The notes under the pieces: model-generated
Database searches by the model: none
What the model was told of the DNA's origin: nothing
What the model saw: the letters and a program-made list of their open reading frames with translations, nothing else
Assembly: GCA_963761505.1 (NCBI GenBank)
Contig: CAVXGW010000014.1
Span: 94,449-158,448, forward strand
DNA: 64,000 nucleotides
Direction of reading: 5' to 3'
DNA from: an uncultured Thermoleophilaceae bacterium
GTDB lineage: Bacteria > Actinomycetota > Thermoleophilia > Solirubrobacterales > Thermoleophilaceae
Shown: positions 10,097 to 18,034 of the stretch, one piece after another
Numbering within the stretch: the stretch's first letter is position 1
Layout: every line of letters starts with the position of its first letter
Made by a program: the position numbers and the translations under genes

Positions 10097-12078
10097 CGCA
10101 CCACCCGGAACCGCTTAGTCCGCCTCGCCGAGAGGTTCCCGCTGGGATCGCGGGCCGCGAGCACGAAGCGGTAGCGGCCGGGCCCGAGCTTGCGCCTGCG
10201 CACCCGACCGGTGAAGACGACGCTCCGCCTGCCGGCCCGCTGGTTGCGCACAAGCGTGCGCAACCTGACCCTCACGTAGCGCACACAGCGCCTCGACCTG
10301 CGGTTGCGGCGGGTGGCCTTACGGCAGCGCCTGCCCCTTCGCCGGCCGATCGTGCGGCGCTGCACGGCGATGGTCACGCGCGCGTCCTCCGAAAGCCTGT
10401 AGCGAAGGCGGGTGCAGCGCTGCGCGCGCCGGCGGCGCTTCTGAGCCGTGACCGGCGACCGGCCTGAGGCCGAGCCGGAAGCTGGCGCGGCTGAGCGAGA
10501 AGCGGCTGATCACCGGCCGACGCGTGTCGACCACGCGGACGGCGTTCGCCGTATCGCGCACGTTGCCCACGGAGTCCGTGGTGATCGAGCGGGCCGTGAA
10601 GCTCCCGGCTCTTGCGGAAGGTGTGCACCGCGCTGGCCCCGGCCACGGTGGCGCCATCGTCGGAGAAGACCCAGCGCGACGGACCGAGTCCCGACTGGCG
10701 ATCGAACGGCGAGAACGAGAAAGCAGCGGCAACGCCACGCTCGACGGTCGGCGGCGCCACCAGGGCGCGCTGCTCGGGCCCGCCGAAGTCGCCCGTCTGG
10801 GCGTCGATCTTGTCGGTGCCTCCGTCGGGAGCAGCGACCATCAGGTTGCCCACGCTGTCGTTGCCGATCGCCGTGTTGCCGAGGATCGCGCCGGTGTTGT
10901 CCGACAGGGTGGCGAGCGGGTCCATACTCGAGTCCGGGCGGAAGCCACGGCCGATGATGTGGTCCGACGTCGCGGTCAGCCGCTCCCAGATCACCACCGC
11001 GTTCCCACCGGACTCGACGGTGATAAGCGGGTTCTGGACTCCGACGCCCGCCTCGGCGGTGCGGAGAAGCACGGTCGGCCCGTACGAACCCGTCGCGCTG
11101 CGCCGCCGTCCGGCGATGACCGGCTGGCCCTGGCGCCAGGCGAGGGCGACCGCCCCGGCACCGCTCACCCCCAGCACCGGCGAGTCCGCGTTGCCGCCGG
11201 CGGAGCTCACCTGCTCGATCGGGCCGAAGGTTCCGCCGGGCTGGCGCACGCGCAGGAACACGATCTTCTCGTCGCCGTCCGACCATGCGACGTAGGCTCG
11301 GCCGGCCGCGTCAACGGCCAGCTGGGGCGAGAACAGGTTCGCGCCGGCCACGACGGTCTGCTTCGGCCCAAGCACGCCGGCGGGCGACACCGTTCGCAGG
11401 AACACGCGGCTGGACGTCTCCGTCCCCCACACCACGATCACGGTCCCGTCGGGTGCGACCGCCACCTGCTGGTGGGCACTGGGCTGATCGCCCGGATCGC
11501 TGAGCAGACGCTCGGGCCCGGCGGCACCCGCCGCGGTCACCTCACGCAGGGCGACGCGGTTGAGCGTGTTGTTGCGCCATACGGCGATCGAGCTTCCCGA
11601 CGGGCGCCCCGCCAGGCTGCCGGGGCCGGCTATGGCCTGCCCGGTTGCGTTGATCTGGATGGTGTTGGGGTTGAGCACCCCGGCGGGCGAAAAGCGGCGC
11701 AGGAAGAGGCTGCTGGCCGCGTTATCGGCCCAGAGGACGCTGGCGGTCCCGCTCGGCGCCAGGACGAGCCCGAGGGGGGACTGGTTGTCGCCGACGGTTT
11801 GCACAAGCTGGAGCGTCGGGGCTGAAGACCCCCTGGGGGCTGCGGGTGCGGATGGCGACGCGTCCGGGGATCGGCGCGTTCCCGCTGCCGTCGCGGTAGG
11901 CGAGATACAGGGTGCCGTCGCGCCCAACGGCCACGAACGGCCTCTCCCCATTCTGTACCTGGGTGCTGGCGAAGGCGAAGCGGCTGAAGAAGACACCGGC
12001 GGCATCTGCCGGTCCGGCCGCGACCAGCGAGGCGGCAACCGCGGCGAACAGGGCGAGCGAGCCAGCGCGAATCCGCAT
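10093..12078 (-). pseudogene. Secreted beta-propeller-like repeat protein with a PKD/Ig-like region and an Arg/Cys-rich C-terminal module; at least 3 frame disruptions (about 11818, 10610, 10480)
   Basis: Signal peptide MRIRAGSLALFAAVAASLVAAGPADA. About 55-60 aa repeats (VLWADNAASSLFLRRFSPAGVL, VVWGTETSSRVFLRTVSPAGVL, VAWSDGDEKIVFLRVRQPGGTF...). Then GSFTARSITTDSVGNV (PKD-like). Then [17 protein letters not shown]...[17 protein letters not shown]...FRVVR. The pieces are spread over ORFs 11722..12078, 10374..12038, 10319..10738 and 10093..10377. Confidence 0.7.
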
Positions 12079-12088
12079 GGTCCGCGCG

Positions 12089-12505
12089 TCAGGCTACGCC
12101 CATCGGCTCCCTATTGCGAGCCCTCAACTCGCTCGCTGCCCCGGCCACGAAGATCGCCGAAACGGCGATGTGCAGCAGGGCATCCACCTCGTTGTTGGGG
12201 AAGTAGAAGAGGCCGCCCGCCGGGCGATTCTCCGCGAGCGCCCAGAGCGCCGTGGCGGTCAGCGAGGACGCGGCCACCAGCAGGAAGAACGCGAGGGTGC
12301 GGGGGTTGCCGCGCAGCAGGAGCAGCGCCGGCACCGCCACCAGGAATCCCGACAGCGCATGCCAGCCGTTCATGTCCGAGCCGAGCACGGTCTCGGCCGT
12401 GGCGGAGTCGCCCGTGCCGAAGTCGGGATTCACGATCAGCCCACCCACGCTCCAGATGAGCACCGCGAGCGCCCCGGTGAGCGCGGCCAACTGGACCGGC
12501 CTCAT
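12089..12505 (-). CDS. Small integral membrane protein (DUF4383-like)
   Basis: Four predicted TM segments. GSDMNGWHALSGFLVAV and HIAVSAIFVAGAA resemble the DUF4383 pattern, recalled from memory. Confidence 0.55.
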   Translation of the reverse strand: MRPVQLAALTGALAVLIWSVGGLIVNPDFGTGDSATAETVLGSDMNGWHALSGFLVAVPALLLLRGNPRTLAFFLLVAASSLTATALWALAENRPAGGLFYFPNNEVDALLHIAVSAIFVAGAASELRARNREPMGVA

Positions 12506-13014
12506 CCCGCCGCCCTCCGCGCGAGCGGCGGCAGCAGCAGCTTCTGGACGAGCGCCGGCGGCGAGGACATCACCACCATCGGCCGGTGGCGCTCGGCCAG
12601 CGCGGCGATCTCCTTCAGAGCGGCGAAGCTCGTCGGCAGCGCGAACCGGTTGATCTTGCCCGCGCGGCTCATCGCGGCCGCCTCCGTGAGGAACTCCTCG
12701 AGGGTCATCGGCGGCGTCGCGCGGCAGCGGATGTGCGCCACCCCGTCGCCGCGGTTGCGAAAGGCGTGGCGGGTCCCGCGCGGGACGACCACGCCCTCGC
12801 CGGCGGGCGTCTCATGCCACTTGCGCCCGGACAGGAACTGAGCCGTGCCCTCGATCGTCTCGAAGCGCTCCTCCATCGCCGGGTGCACGTGGGGCGTGAC
12901 CCCTCCGCCCGGGTCGATCCAGGTGTCGACGATCAGCGACTCCCCGTCGGGGCGGAAGCTGCTGCGGATCTGGAAGACGGGGTCTACGACCAGATCGGGT
13001 GGCTCGGGCTCCAT
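12502..13014 (-). CDS. Cupin domain protein
   Basis: GGGVTPHVHPAMEERFETIEGTAQFLSGRKW...VVVPRGTRHAFRN (cupin motifs 1 and 2). Start at ATG 13014; the upstream part of ORF 12502..13467 is antisense to moaC. Confidence 0.75.
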   Translation of the reverse strand: MEPEPPDLVVDPVFQIRSSFRPDGESLIVDTWIDPGGGVTPHVHPAMEERFETIEGTAQFLSGRKWHETPAGEGVVVPRGTRHAFRNRGDGVAHIRCRATPPMTLEEFLTEAAAMSRAGKINRFALPTSFAALKEIAALAERHRPMVVMSSPPALVQKLLLPPLARRAAG

Positions 13015-13039
13015 CGCTGTCCTCCTGGACTCGACTAAC

Positions 13040-13053
13040 CTAACGCTCGTTAG
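13040..13053. promoter_or_regulatory. Inverted repeat CTAACG-CT-CGTTAG, preceded by tandem CTAAC, in the cupin/moaC divergent intergenic region
   Basis: Read directly in a locally AT-richer 65-bp spacer between divergent starts 13014 and 13080. Function unknown. Confidence 0.25.
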
Positions 13054-13079
13054 CCAGGCTACCAGGTCGTACGCTGACG

Positions 13080-13552
13080 GTGTGAGCGAGCTGTCGCACC
13101 TCGACGAGTCCGGGAGCGCCCGGATGGTCGACGTGGGCGCGAAGCCCGTGACGGAGCGGCGGGCGGTGGCGCGGGCGGTCGTCTCGATGTCCGCCGAGAC
13201 GATCGAGCTGGTGCGCGGCGGCGACCTCCCGAAGGGCGACGTGACCTCCACGGCGCGGATCGCGGGCATCCAGGCCGCCAAGCGGACGGCCGAGCTGATC
13301 CCGCTGTGCCACCCGCTGGCGCTGTCCTTCGTGGACGTGACGCTCGAGCTCGGCGACGGGGAGATCGCCCTGACCGCCGAGGCGCGCACCGCCGGGCAGA
13401 CGGGCGTGGAGATGGAGGCGATGACCGCGTGCGCGGTGGCGGCGCTCACGGTGTACGACATGGTCAAGGGCGTGGAGCGCGGGGTGCGCGTGGGGCCCGT
13501 GGAGCTGGTGGAGAAGAGCGGTGGCAGGTCCGACTGGCGGCGCGACGGCTGA
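13080..13552 (+). CDS. moaC: Cyclic pyranopterin monophosphate synthase MoaC
   Basis: SHLDESGSARMVDVGAKPVTERRAVA, DVTSTARIAGIQAAKRTAELIPLCHPL, GVEMEAMTACAVAALTVYDMVK. Confidence 0.9.
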
Positions 13553-13946
13553 GGCGGACCGCGATCTGGTGCGCTACGCGCTGGACGCCTGGAACCGGCA
13601 CGACCTCGACGCGCTCCTGGAGGTCTGCCATCCCGGCATCCGCTTCAGGTCCCTGATCGGAGCGATGGAGGGCAGCAAGGCACACCGGGGGCACGAGGGC
13701 GTGCGCCGCTGGTGGAGCGAGGCGCAGGAGGTGTTCGCCGACCGGCGGCTCGAGTGCGACCGGATCTGGAGCCACGGCGAGTGGACGGTGTTCGACGGCG
13801 CCGGCTACGGCACCGGCCGCGCCAGCCAGGCGGAGGTGCGGTGGCCGTTCACCGGGGTCGCGCGCGCCTCCGACGGCCTGCTCACCGAATGGCGCCTGTT
13901 CGCCGACCGCGAGGATGCGGAGGCGTTCATCGGGGACGGCCGGTGA
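13521..13946 (+). CDS. SnoaL/NTF2-like fold protein inserted between moaC and moaB
   Basis: 141-aa ORF: DLVRYALDAWNRHDLDALLEVCHPGIRF ... GLLTEWRLFADREDA. Overlaps moaC by 32 nt and moaB by GTGA. Confidence 0.6.
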   Translation: MAGPTGGATAEADRDLVRYALDAWNRHDLDALLEVCHPGIRFRSLIGAMEGSKAHRGHEGVRRWWSEAQEVFADRRLECDRIWSHGEWTVFDGAGYGTGRASQAEVRWPFTGVARASDGLLTEWRLFADREDAEAFIGDGR

Positions 13947-14407
13947 GGGCGGCCGTGGTCACGGTCTCGTCCTCGCTCGCGCGCGGTGAGGGCGAGGACG
14001 TGTCCGGGCCCGCGCTCGTGGAGCTGTGCGCGGCCGCCGGCCTCGAGACGTCGCTCGAGGTGGTGGACGACGACCGCGGCGCCATCGCCGCCGCACTGCG
14101 CCGCCTGGCCGACGACGAGGGCGCGCGCTTCGTCTTCACCACCGGCGGCACGGGCATGACCCCCGACGACGTGACCCCGGAGGCCACGCTCGACGTGGTC
14201 GACCGCCAGGCCCCCGGCTACGCCGAGACGATCCGCTCCGAGTCGAGGGCGCACACGCCCCTCGGGATCCTCACCCGGGGCGTGGCGGGCATCCGCGGGC
14301 GCACGCTGATCGTGAACTTCCCCGGCAACCCGAAGGCGATCGCCCAGTCCTGGCCGGTGGTCGAGCCGACGCTCCGCCATGCCGCCGAGACGCTGGAGCG
14401 GGATTAG
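13943..14407 (+). CDS. moaB: Molybdenum cofactor biosynthesis protein B (MoaB/MogA family)
   Basis: VRAAVVTVSSS..., FVFTTGGTGMTPDDVTPEAT, TLIVNFPGNPKA. Confidence 0.85.
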   Translation: MRAAVVTVSSSLARGEGEDVSGPALVELCAAAGLETSLEVVDDDRGAIAAALRRLADDEGARFVFTTGGTGMTPDDVTPEATLDVVDRQAPGYAETIRSESRAHTPLGILTRGVAGIRGRTLIVNFPGNPKAIAQSWPVVEPTLRHAAETLERD

Positions 14408-14410
14408 CTC

Positions 14411-14430
14411 CGCGGGCATCCCTGCCCGCG
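14411..14430 (+). terminator. Hairpin CGCGGGCA-TCCC-TGCCCGCG downstream of moaB (no U-tract)
   Basis: 8-bp perfect stem read directly, 4 nt after the moaB stop. Confidence 0.35.
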
Positions 14431-14469
14431 CCCTGAGATCGAAGGCTCCCTCCGGTCGCCTAGTTCCGA

Positions 14470-14506
14470 GTTGTTACGATATATCGCGTACTAGCTAAGG
14501 AGTATC
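14470..14506 (+). promoter_or_regulatory. AT-rich putative promoter/operator upstream of padR (CGATATATCG palindrome, repeated TATCGCG, ATCGCGAT over the start codon)
   Basis: Sequence gttacgatatatcgcgtactagctaaggagtatcgcgATG. The strong local GC drop, palindromes and AAGGAG RBS were read directly. Confidence 0.4.
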
Positions 14507-14509
14507 GCG

Positions 14510-15031
14510 ATGGACAGGTATTACACCCGCCATGGCTTCTGCGGGCCGAGGGGCCGCCGTCACCGCCACGGATACGGCCGCGGAGGGCCTCGCGCCCGGC
14601 GCGGCGACGTGAGAGCGGCGGCGCTGGCGCTGCTGGCGGAGAGGCCGATGCACGGCTACGAGATGATCAAGGAGATCGAGGAGCGCACCGGCGGCGTCTG
14701 GCGGCCGAGCGCGGGATCGATCTACCCCACGCTCGCCCTGCTGGAGGACGAGGGCCTCGTGCGCAGCGAGGAGTCCGACGGCAAGCGCCGGTTCACGCTC
14801 ACCGACGAGGGCCGCGAGCAGGCCGAGAGCCGGTCGGGCGCGTCGCCCTGGGACGAGGTGACCGCCGGCGCCGACCCCGGCGAGCTCCGGCTGCGCCAGG
14901 CCTTCCTGGCGCTGCGCGCGGCGGTGCTGCAGGTGGGGATGGCCGGCAGCGCGGACCAGGCAACGGCGGCCCGCGAGCTGCTCGACGAGACGCGCAAGCG
15001 GATCTACTCGATCCTCGCCGAGGCGGGCTAG
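14510..15031 (+). CDS. PadR family transcriptional regulator
   Basis: LALLAERPMHGYEMIKEIEERTGGVWRPSAGSIYPTLALLEDEGLVRS..DGKRRFTLTDEG. Confidence 0.9.
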   Translation: MDRYYTRHGFCGPRGRRHRHGYGRGGPRARRGDVRAAALALLAERPMHGYEMIKEIEERTGGVWRPSAGSIYPTLALLEDEGLVRSEESDGKRRFTLTDEGREQAESRSGASPWDEVTAGADPGELRLRQAFLALRAAVLQVGMAGSADQATAARELLDETRKRIYSILAEAG

Positions 15032-15057
15032 ACAGCCGAGCACGTAGGCTGGGCGGC

Positions 15058-15801
15058 GTGATGTCCGCCCAGCCCGAGCTCGTCCTCCACGGACTCGCCC
15101 CCTCCCATCCGTGCATGACCGCGGAGGCGGCGCTTCGGCACAAGGGCCTCGAGTACGAGCGGGTGGACTTCCAGCCCGGCCCGCACATCGAGGAGATGGC
15201 GAAGATCTACGGCGAGGGGAACACCACCGTCCCCGGCCTGCTGGTGGGCGGCGAGCCGGTGCACGGCTCGCGCGCGATCCTCGCCCGGCTGGAGGAGCTG
15301 GCGCCCGAGCCTCCGCTGTACCCCGAGCCGATGGCGGATGAGGTGCGCGAGGCGGAACGCTGGGGCGACGTGGAGCTGCAGGACCTGGGCCGCAGGCTGC
15401 CCTGGGGCGCCATGCACTTCCGGCCCGAGGCGATGGGCACCTTCGGCGGGGGCGCGCCGCTCGATCCCGCGGGGACGGACTTCGCGATCAAGCTGACGCG
15501 CGGCACGTGGAAGTACCACAAGATCTCGGCCGAGCGGCTGGCGGAGGACCTCGCCGGCCTCCCGGCCAAGCTCGACCACGTGGACGACCTGGCCGCGCGC
15601 GGCGTGATCGGCGGGGACGAGCCCAATGCCGCCGACCTTCAGATCGGCTCGACGATCCGCATCCTGCTCACGCTCGGTGACGTGCGCCCGCTGGTCGAGG
15701 GCCGCCCGGGCGAGACGATCGCCCTGCGCTGGTTCCCCGACTACGCCGGCGACGTGCCGGCCGGCGCTTTCCCCGAGGGCTGGGTACCCGCCCGAAGCTA
15801 A
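15058..15801 (+). CDS. Glutathione S-transferase / glutaredoxin-2-like N-terminal domain protein
   Basis: LVLHGLAPSHPCMTAEAALRHKGLEYERVDF ... TVPGLLVGGEPVHGSRAILARLEE (thioredoxin-like GST N-domain pattern). Confidence 0.6.
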   Translation: MMSAQPELVLHGLAPSHPCMTAEAALRHKGLEYERVDFQPGPHIEEMAKIYGEGNTTVPGLLVGGEPVHGSRAILARLEELAPEPPLYPEPMADEVREAERWGDVELQDLGRRLPWGAMHFRPEAMGTFGGGAPLDPAGTDFAIKLTRGTWKYHKISAERLAEDLAGLPAKLDHVDDLAARGVIGGDEPNAADLQIGSTIRILLTLGDVRPLVEGRPGETIALRWFPDYAGDVPAGAFPEGWVPARS

Positions 15802-15806
15802 CCGGC

Positions 15807-16484
15807 GTGGCCGAACCGGCGATCGCGCTCGACGGGCTGGAGCGCCGCTACGGAGAGCGCGTGGCGCTGAGCGGCGTGACCGTGCAGGTGCCGGCGGGCG
15901 AGACGCTCGCCGTGCTGGGCGCCAACGGAGCCGGGAAGACGACGCTGCTGCGCGTGCTGGCCGCCCTGTTGCGCCCCCACGGCGGCAGCGCCCGCGTGCT
16001 CGGAGCGTCCCTGCCCGACGAGGCCTGGAAGGTGCGCGGGCGGGTCGGCTACCTGGGCCACGAGCCGCTGCTGTACCGGGAGCTGACCGCGCGTGAGAAC
16101 CTCGCCTACCAGGCGCGCCTGTACGGGGTCGAGATCGCGCGGGTGGGCGACCAGCTGGCGGCCGTGGGACTCGAGCGCCGCGCCGACGAGCCCGTGCGGG
16201 ACCTCTCCAAGGGCATGGTGCAGCGGCTGGCCGCGGCGCGCGCGACCCTGCACGACCCCGAGTTGCTGCTGCTCGACGAGCCGCGGGCGAACCTCGACCC
16301 CGCCGCCGCCGACCGGCTCGAGCCGCTGATCGGACCGCCTTCGGGACGGACCCGGGTGCTGATCACCCACGATGTGGAGAGAGGCCTGGCCGAAGCGGAC
16401 GTGGCGCTGGGGCTGCGCGCGGGGAAGCAGGAGTTCTGCGACCGGGGTGTGGATCCCGCCACCGCCAGGGGGCTGTACTCGTGA
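15807..16484 (+). CDS. ccmA: Heme exporter ABC ATP-binding protein CcmA
   Basis: Walker A GANGAGKTTLLR, signature LSKGMVQRL, Walker B LLLLDEP. Followed by ccmB and ccmC with overlapping or tightly spaced junctions. Confidence 0.8.
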   Translation: MAEPAIALDGLERRYGERVALSGVTVQVPAGETLAVLGANGAGKTTLLRVLAALLRPHGGSARVLGASLPDEAWKVRGRVGYLGHEPLLYRELTARENLAYQARLYGVEIARVGDQLAAVGLERRADEPVRDLSKGMVQRLAAARATLHDPELLLLDEPRANLDPAAADRLEPLIGPPSGRTRVLITHDVERGLAEADVALGLRAGKQEFCDRGVDPATARGLYS

Positions 16485-17155
16485 TCCGCGCCGCCCGGGC
16501 GATCCTGCGCAAGGACCTGACGATCGAGCTGCGCACCAAGGAGGCCGTGCCGGCGATGACGCTGTTCACGGTCACGGTCTACGTGCTGTTCCACTTCGGC
16601 CTCGATCGCGACTCGCTGGACGGCGAGCTGGCCTCGGGCGTGCTGTGGGTCACGCTGCTGCTGGCCGCGGTGATCGGCGTGACGCGCCTGTTCGCCGCCG
16701 AGCGCGAGCAGGGCGGCATCGACGCGCTGCTGCTGGCGCCGGTGGACAGGACCGCGCTGTTCCTGGCGAAGGCGTCGGCGCTGTTCCTCTACCTCGTCGC
16801 CCTCGAGCTGGTGGCGGTGCCCACCTTCGGGCTCCTGCTGCTCGGACCCGACCTCCTGGACGCGTTTCCCGAGCTGCTGCTGATCCTGTTGCTGGCGGAC
16901 GTGGGACTGGCGGCCGTCGGCGCCCTGGTCTCCGCGCTGGCGGCCGAGACCCGCGCCCGCGAGCTGATCGTGCCCTTGCTGCTGCTCCCGCTGCTCGTGC
17001 CGCTGCTGATCGGCGCGGCCTCGGCCACCGAGCCGCTGCTGCGCGGAGCGCAGTCGCCGGAGGATCTGGGCCGCTTCCTGGCGCTGCTGGCCGGCTACGA
17101 CGCGGTGTTCCTCCTCATCGCCCTGGCCGTCTTCGATTTTCTCCTCGACGATTAA
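16481..17155 (+). CDS. ccmB: Heme exporter protein B (CcmB)
   Basis: ILRKDLTIELRTKE..., GVLWVTLLLAAVIGVTRLFAAEREQGGIDALLLAP; six TM segments; GTGA overlap with ccmA. Confidence 0.8.
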   Translation: MIRAARAILRKDLTIELRTKEAVPAMTLFTVTVYVLFHFGLDRDSLDGELASGVLWVTLLLAAVIGVTRLFAAEREQGGIDALLLAPVDRTALFLAKASALFLYLVALELVAVPTFGLLLLGPDLLDAFPELLLILLLADVGLAAVGALVSALAAETRARELIVPLLLLPLLVPLLIGAASATEPLLRGAQSPEDLGRFLALLAGYDAVFLLIALAVFDFLLDD

Positions 17156-17166
17156 CCTGTAGGGCC

Positions 17167-17856
17167 GTGTACTCCAAGGGCTTCAGGCCACTCGCCGCGG
17201 CCACCGTCGTGACCACGGCCCTCGCGTTCTCGCTCGTGTTCTTCTACGCGCCGCTGGACGCCGACCAGGGCTTCGTCCAGAAGATCTTCTACGTGCACGT
17301 GCCGATGGCGATCGTGGCGCTGTGCGGCTTCGTGGCCGCCGGCATCATGGCCATCCGCCACCTGCGCTCGGGCGACCGCTCGTGGGACATGCGCAGCTAC
17401 GTGACCATCCACATGTCGATCATCCTCGGCATGGGCGTGCTGATCACCGGCGCGATCTGGGCCAAGGCCGCGTGGGGCCACTGGTGGGTATGGGACGAGC
17501 CGGTGCTGGTGTCGTTCCTGGTCGTCTTCCTCCTCTACTGCGTGTACTACCCCCTGCGCTTCTCGATCGAGGACCCCGACCGCCAGGCGCGCTACTCGTC
17601 GGTGTTCGCGATCGCAGCGGGCGCCTTCGTGCCGATCAATTTCGTGGCGGTCCGCCTGGCCGAGTCGTTCACGCACCCGCGCGTGCTCTCGCAGACCGGC
17701 GGGTCGCTCCCCGGCGACATGCGCCTCACGTTCCTCGTATGCATCCTCGCGATGACGCTGCTGTTCATCACGCTGTGGAAGCTGGAGCTGACCTCCAAGC
17801 GGGCGTCGATGCAGCTGAAGAAGCTGCGGGCGCGGCTCGAAGCCGGTGCGGTCTGA
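17167..17856 (+). CDS. ccmC: Heme-handling protein CcmC (cytochrome c assembly family, WWD motif)
   Basis: FFYAPLDADQGFVQKIFYVHVP, WAKAAWGHWWVWDEPVL (WGxxWxWD heme-binding motif). Only the C-terminal 230 codons of ORF 16372..17856 are real. Confidence 0.8.
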   Translation: MYSKGFRPLAAATVVTTALAFSLVFFYAPLDADQGFVQKIFYVHVPMAIVALCGFVAAGIMAIRHLRSGDRSWDMRSYVTIHMSIILGMGVLITGAIWAKAAWGHWWVWDEPVLVSFLVVFLLYCVYYPLRFSIEDPDRQARYSSVFAIAAGAFVPINFVAVRLAESFTHPRVLSQTGGSLPGDMRLTFLVCILAMTLLFITLWKLELTSKRASMQLKKLRARLEAGAV

Positions 17857-17860
17857 GCAA

Positions 17861-18034
17861 ATGCCCGCGCTACCTCTCGACGAGGCCGGCAAGTACGTGG
17901 CCGGCGCATACGTGGTCTTCCTCACGCTGATCCTGATCTACGTGGCGATCATCGGCTCGAAGATCGCGCGGATCGAGCGGCAGATCGATGAGTTGATGGA
18001 GTTGGCTGAGGACCGGGACGAGGCGGCGGTCTAG
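17861..18034 (+). CDS. Small single-pass membrane protein in the CcmD position
   Basis: MPALPLDEAGKYVAGAYVVFLTLILIYVAIIGSKIARIERQIDEL. One TM plus a charged tail, as in CcmD. Its TAG stop overlaps the hemA GTG start by 1 nt. Confidence 0.55.
   Translation: MPALPLDEAGKYVAGAYVVFLTLILIYVAIIGSKIARIERQIDELMELAEDRDEAAV

Noticed and set aside
13015-13079. A Moco riboswitch upstream of moaC, and by analogy a TPP riboswitch upstream of thiL (44525-44541).
   Set aside because: The spacers are only 65 bp and 17 bp. That is too short for either riboswitch, and they lack the conserved cores I remember.
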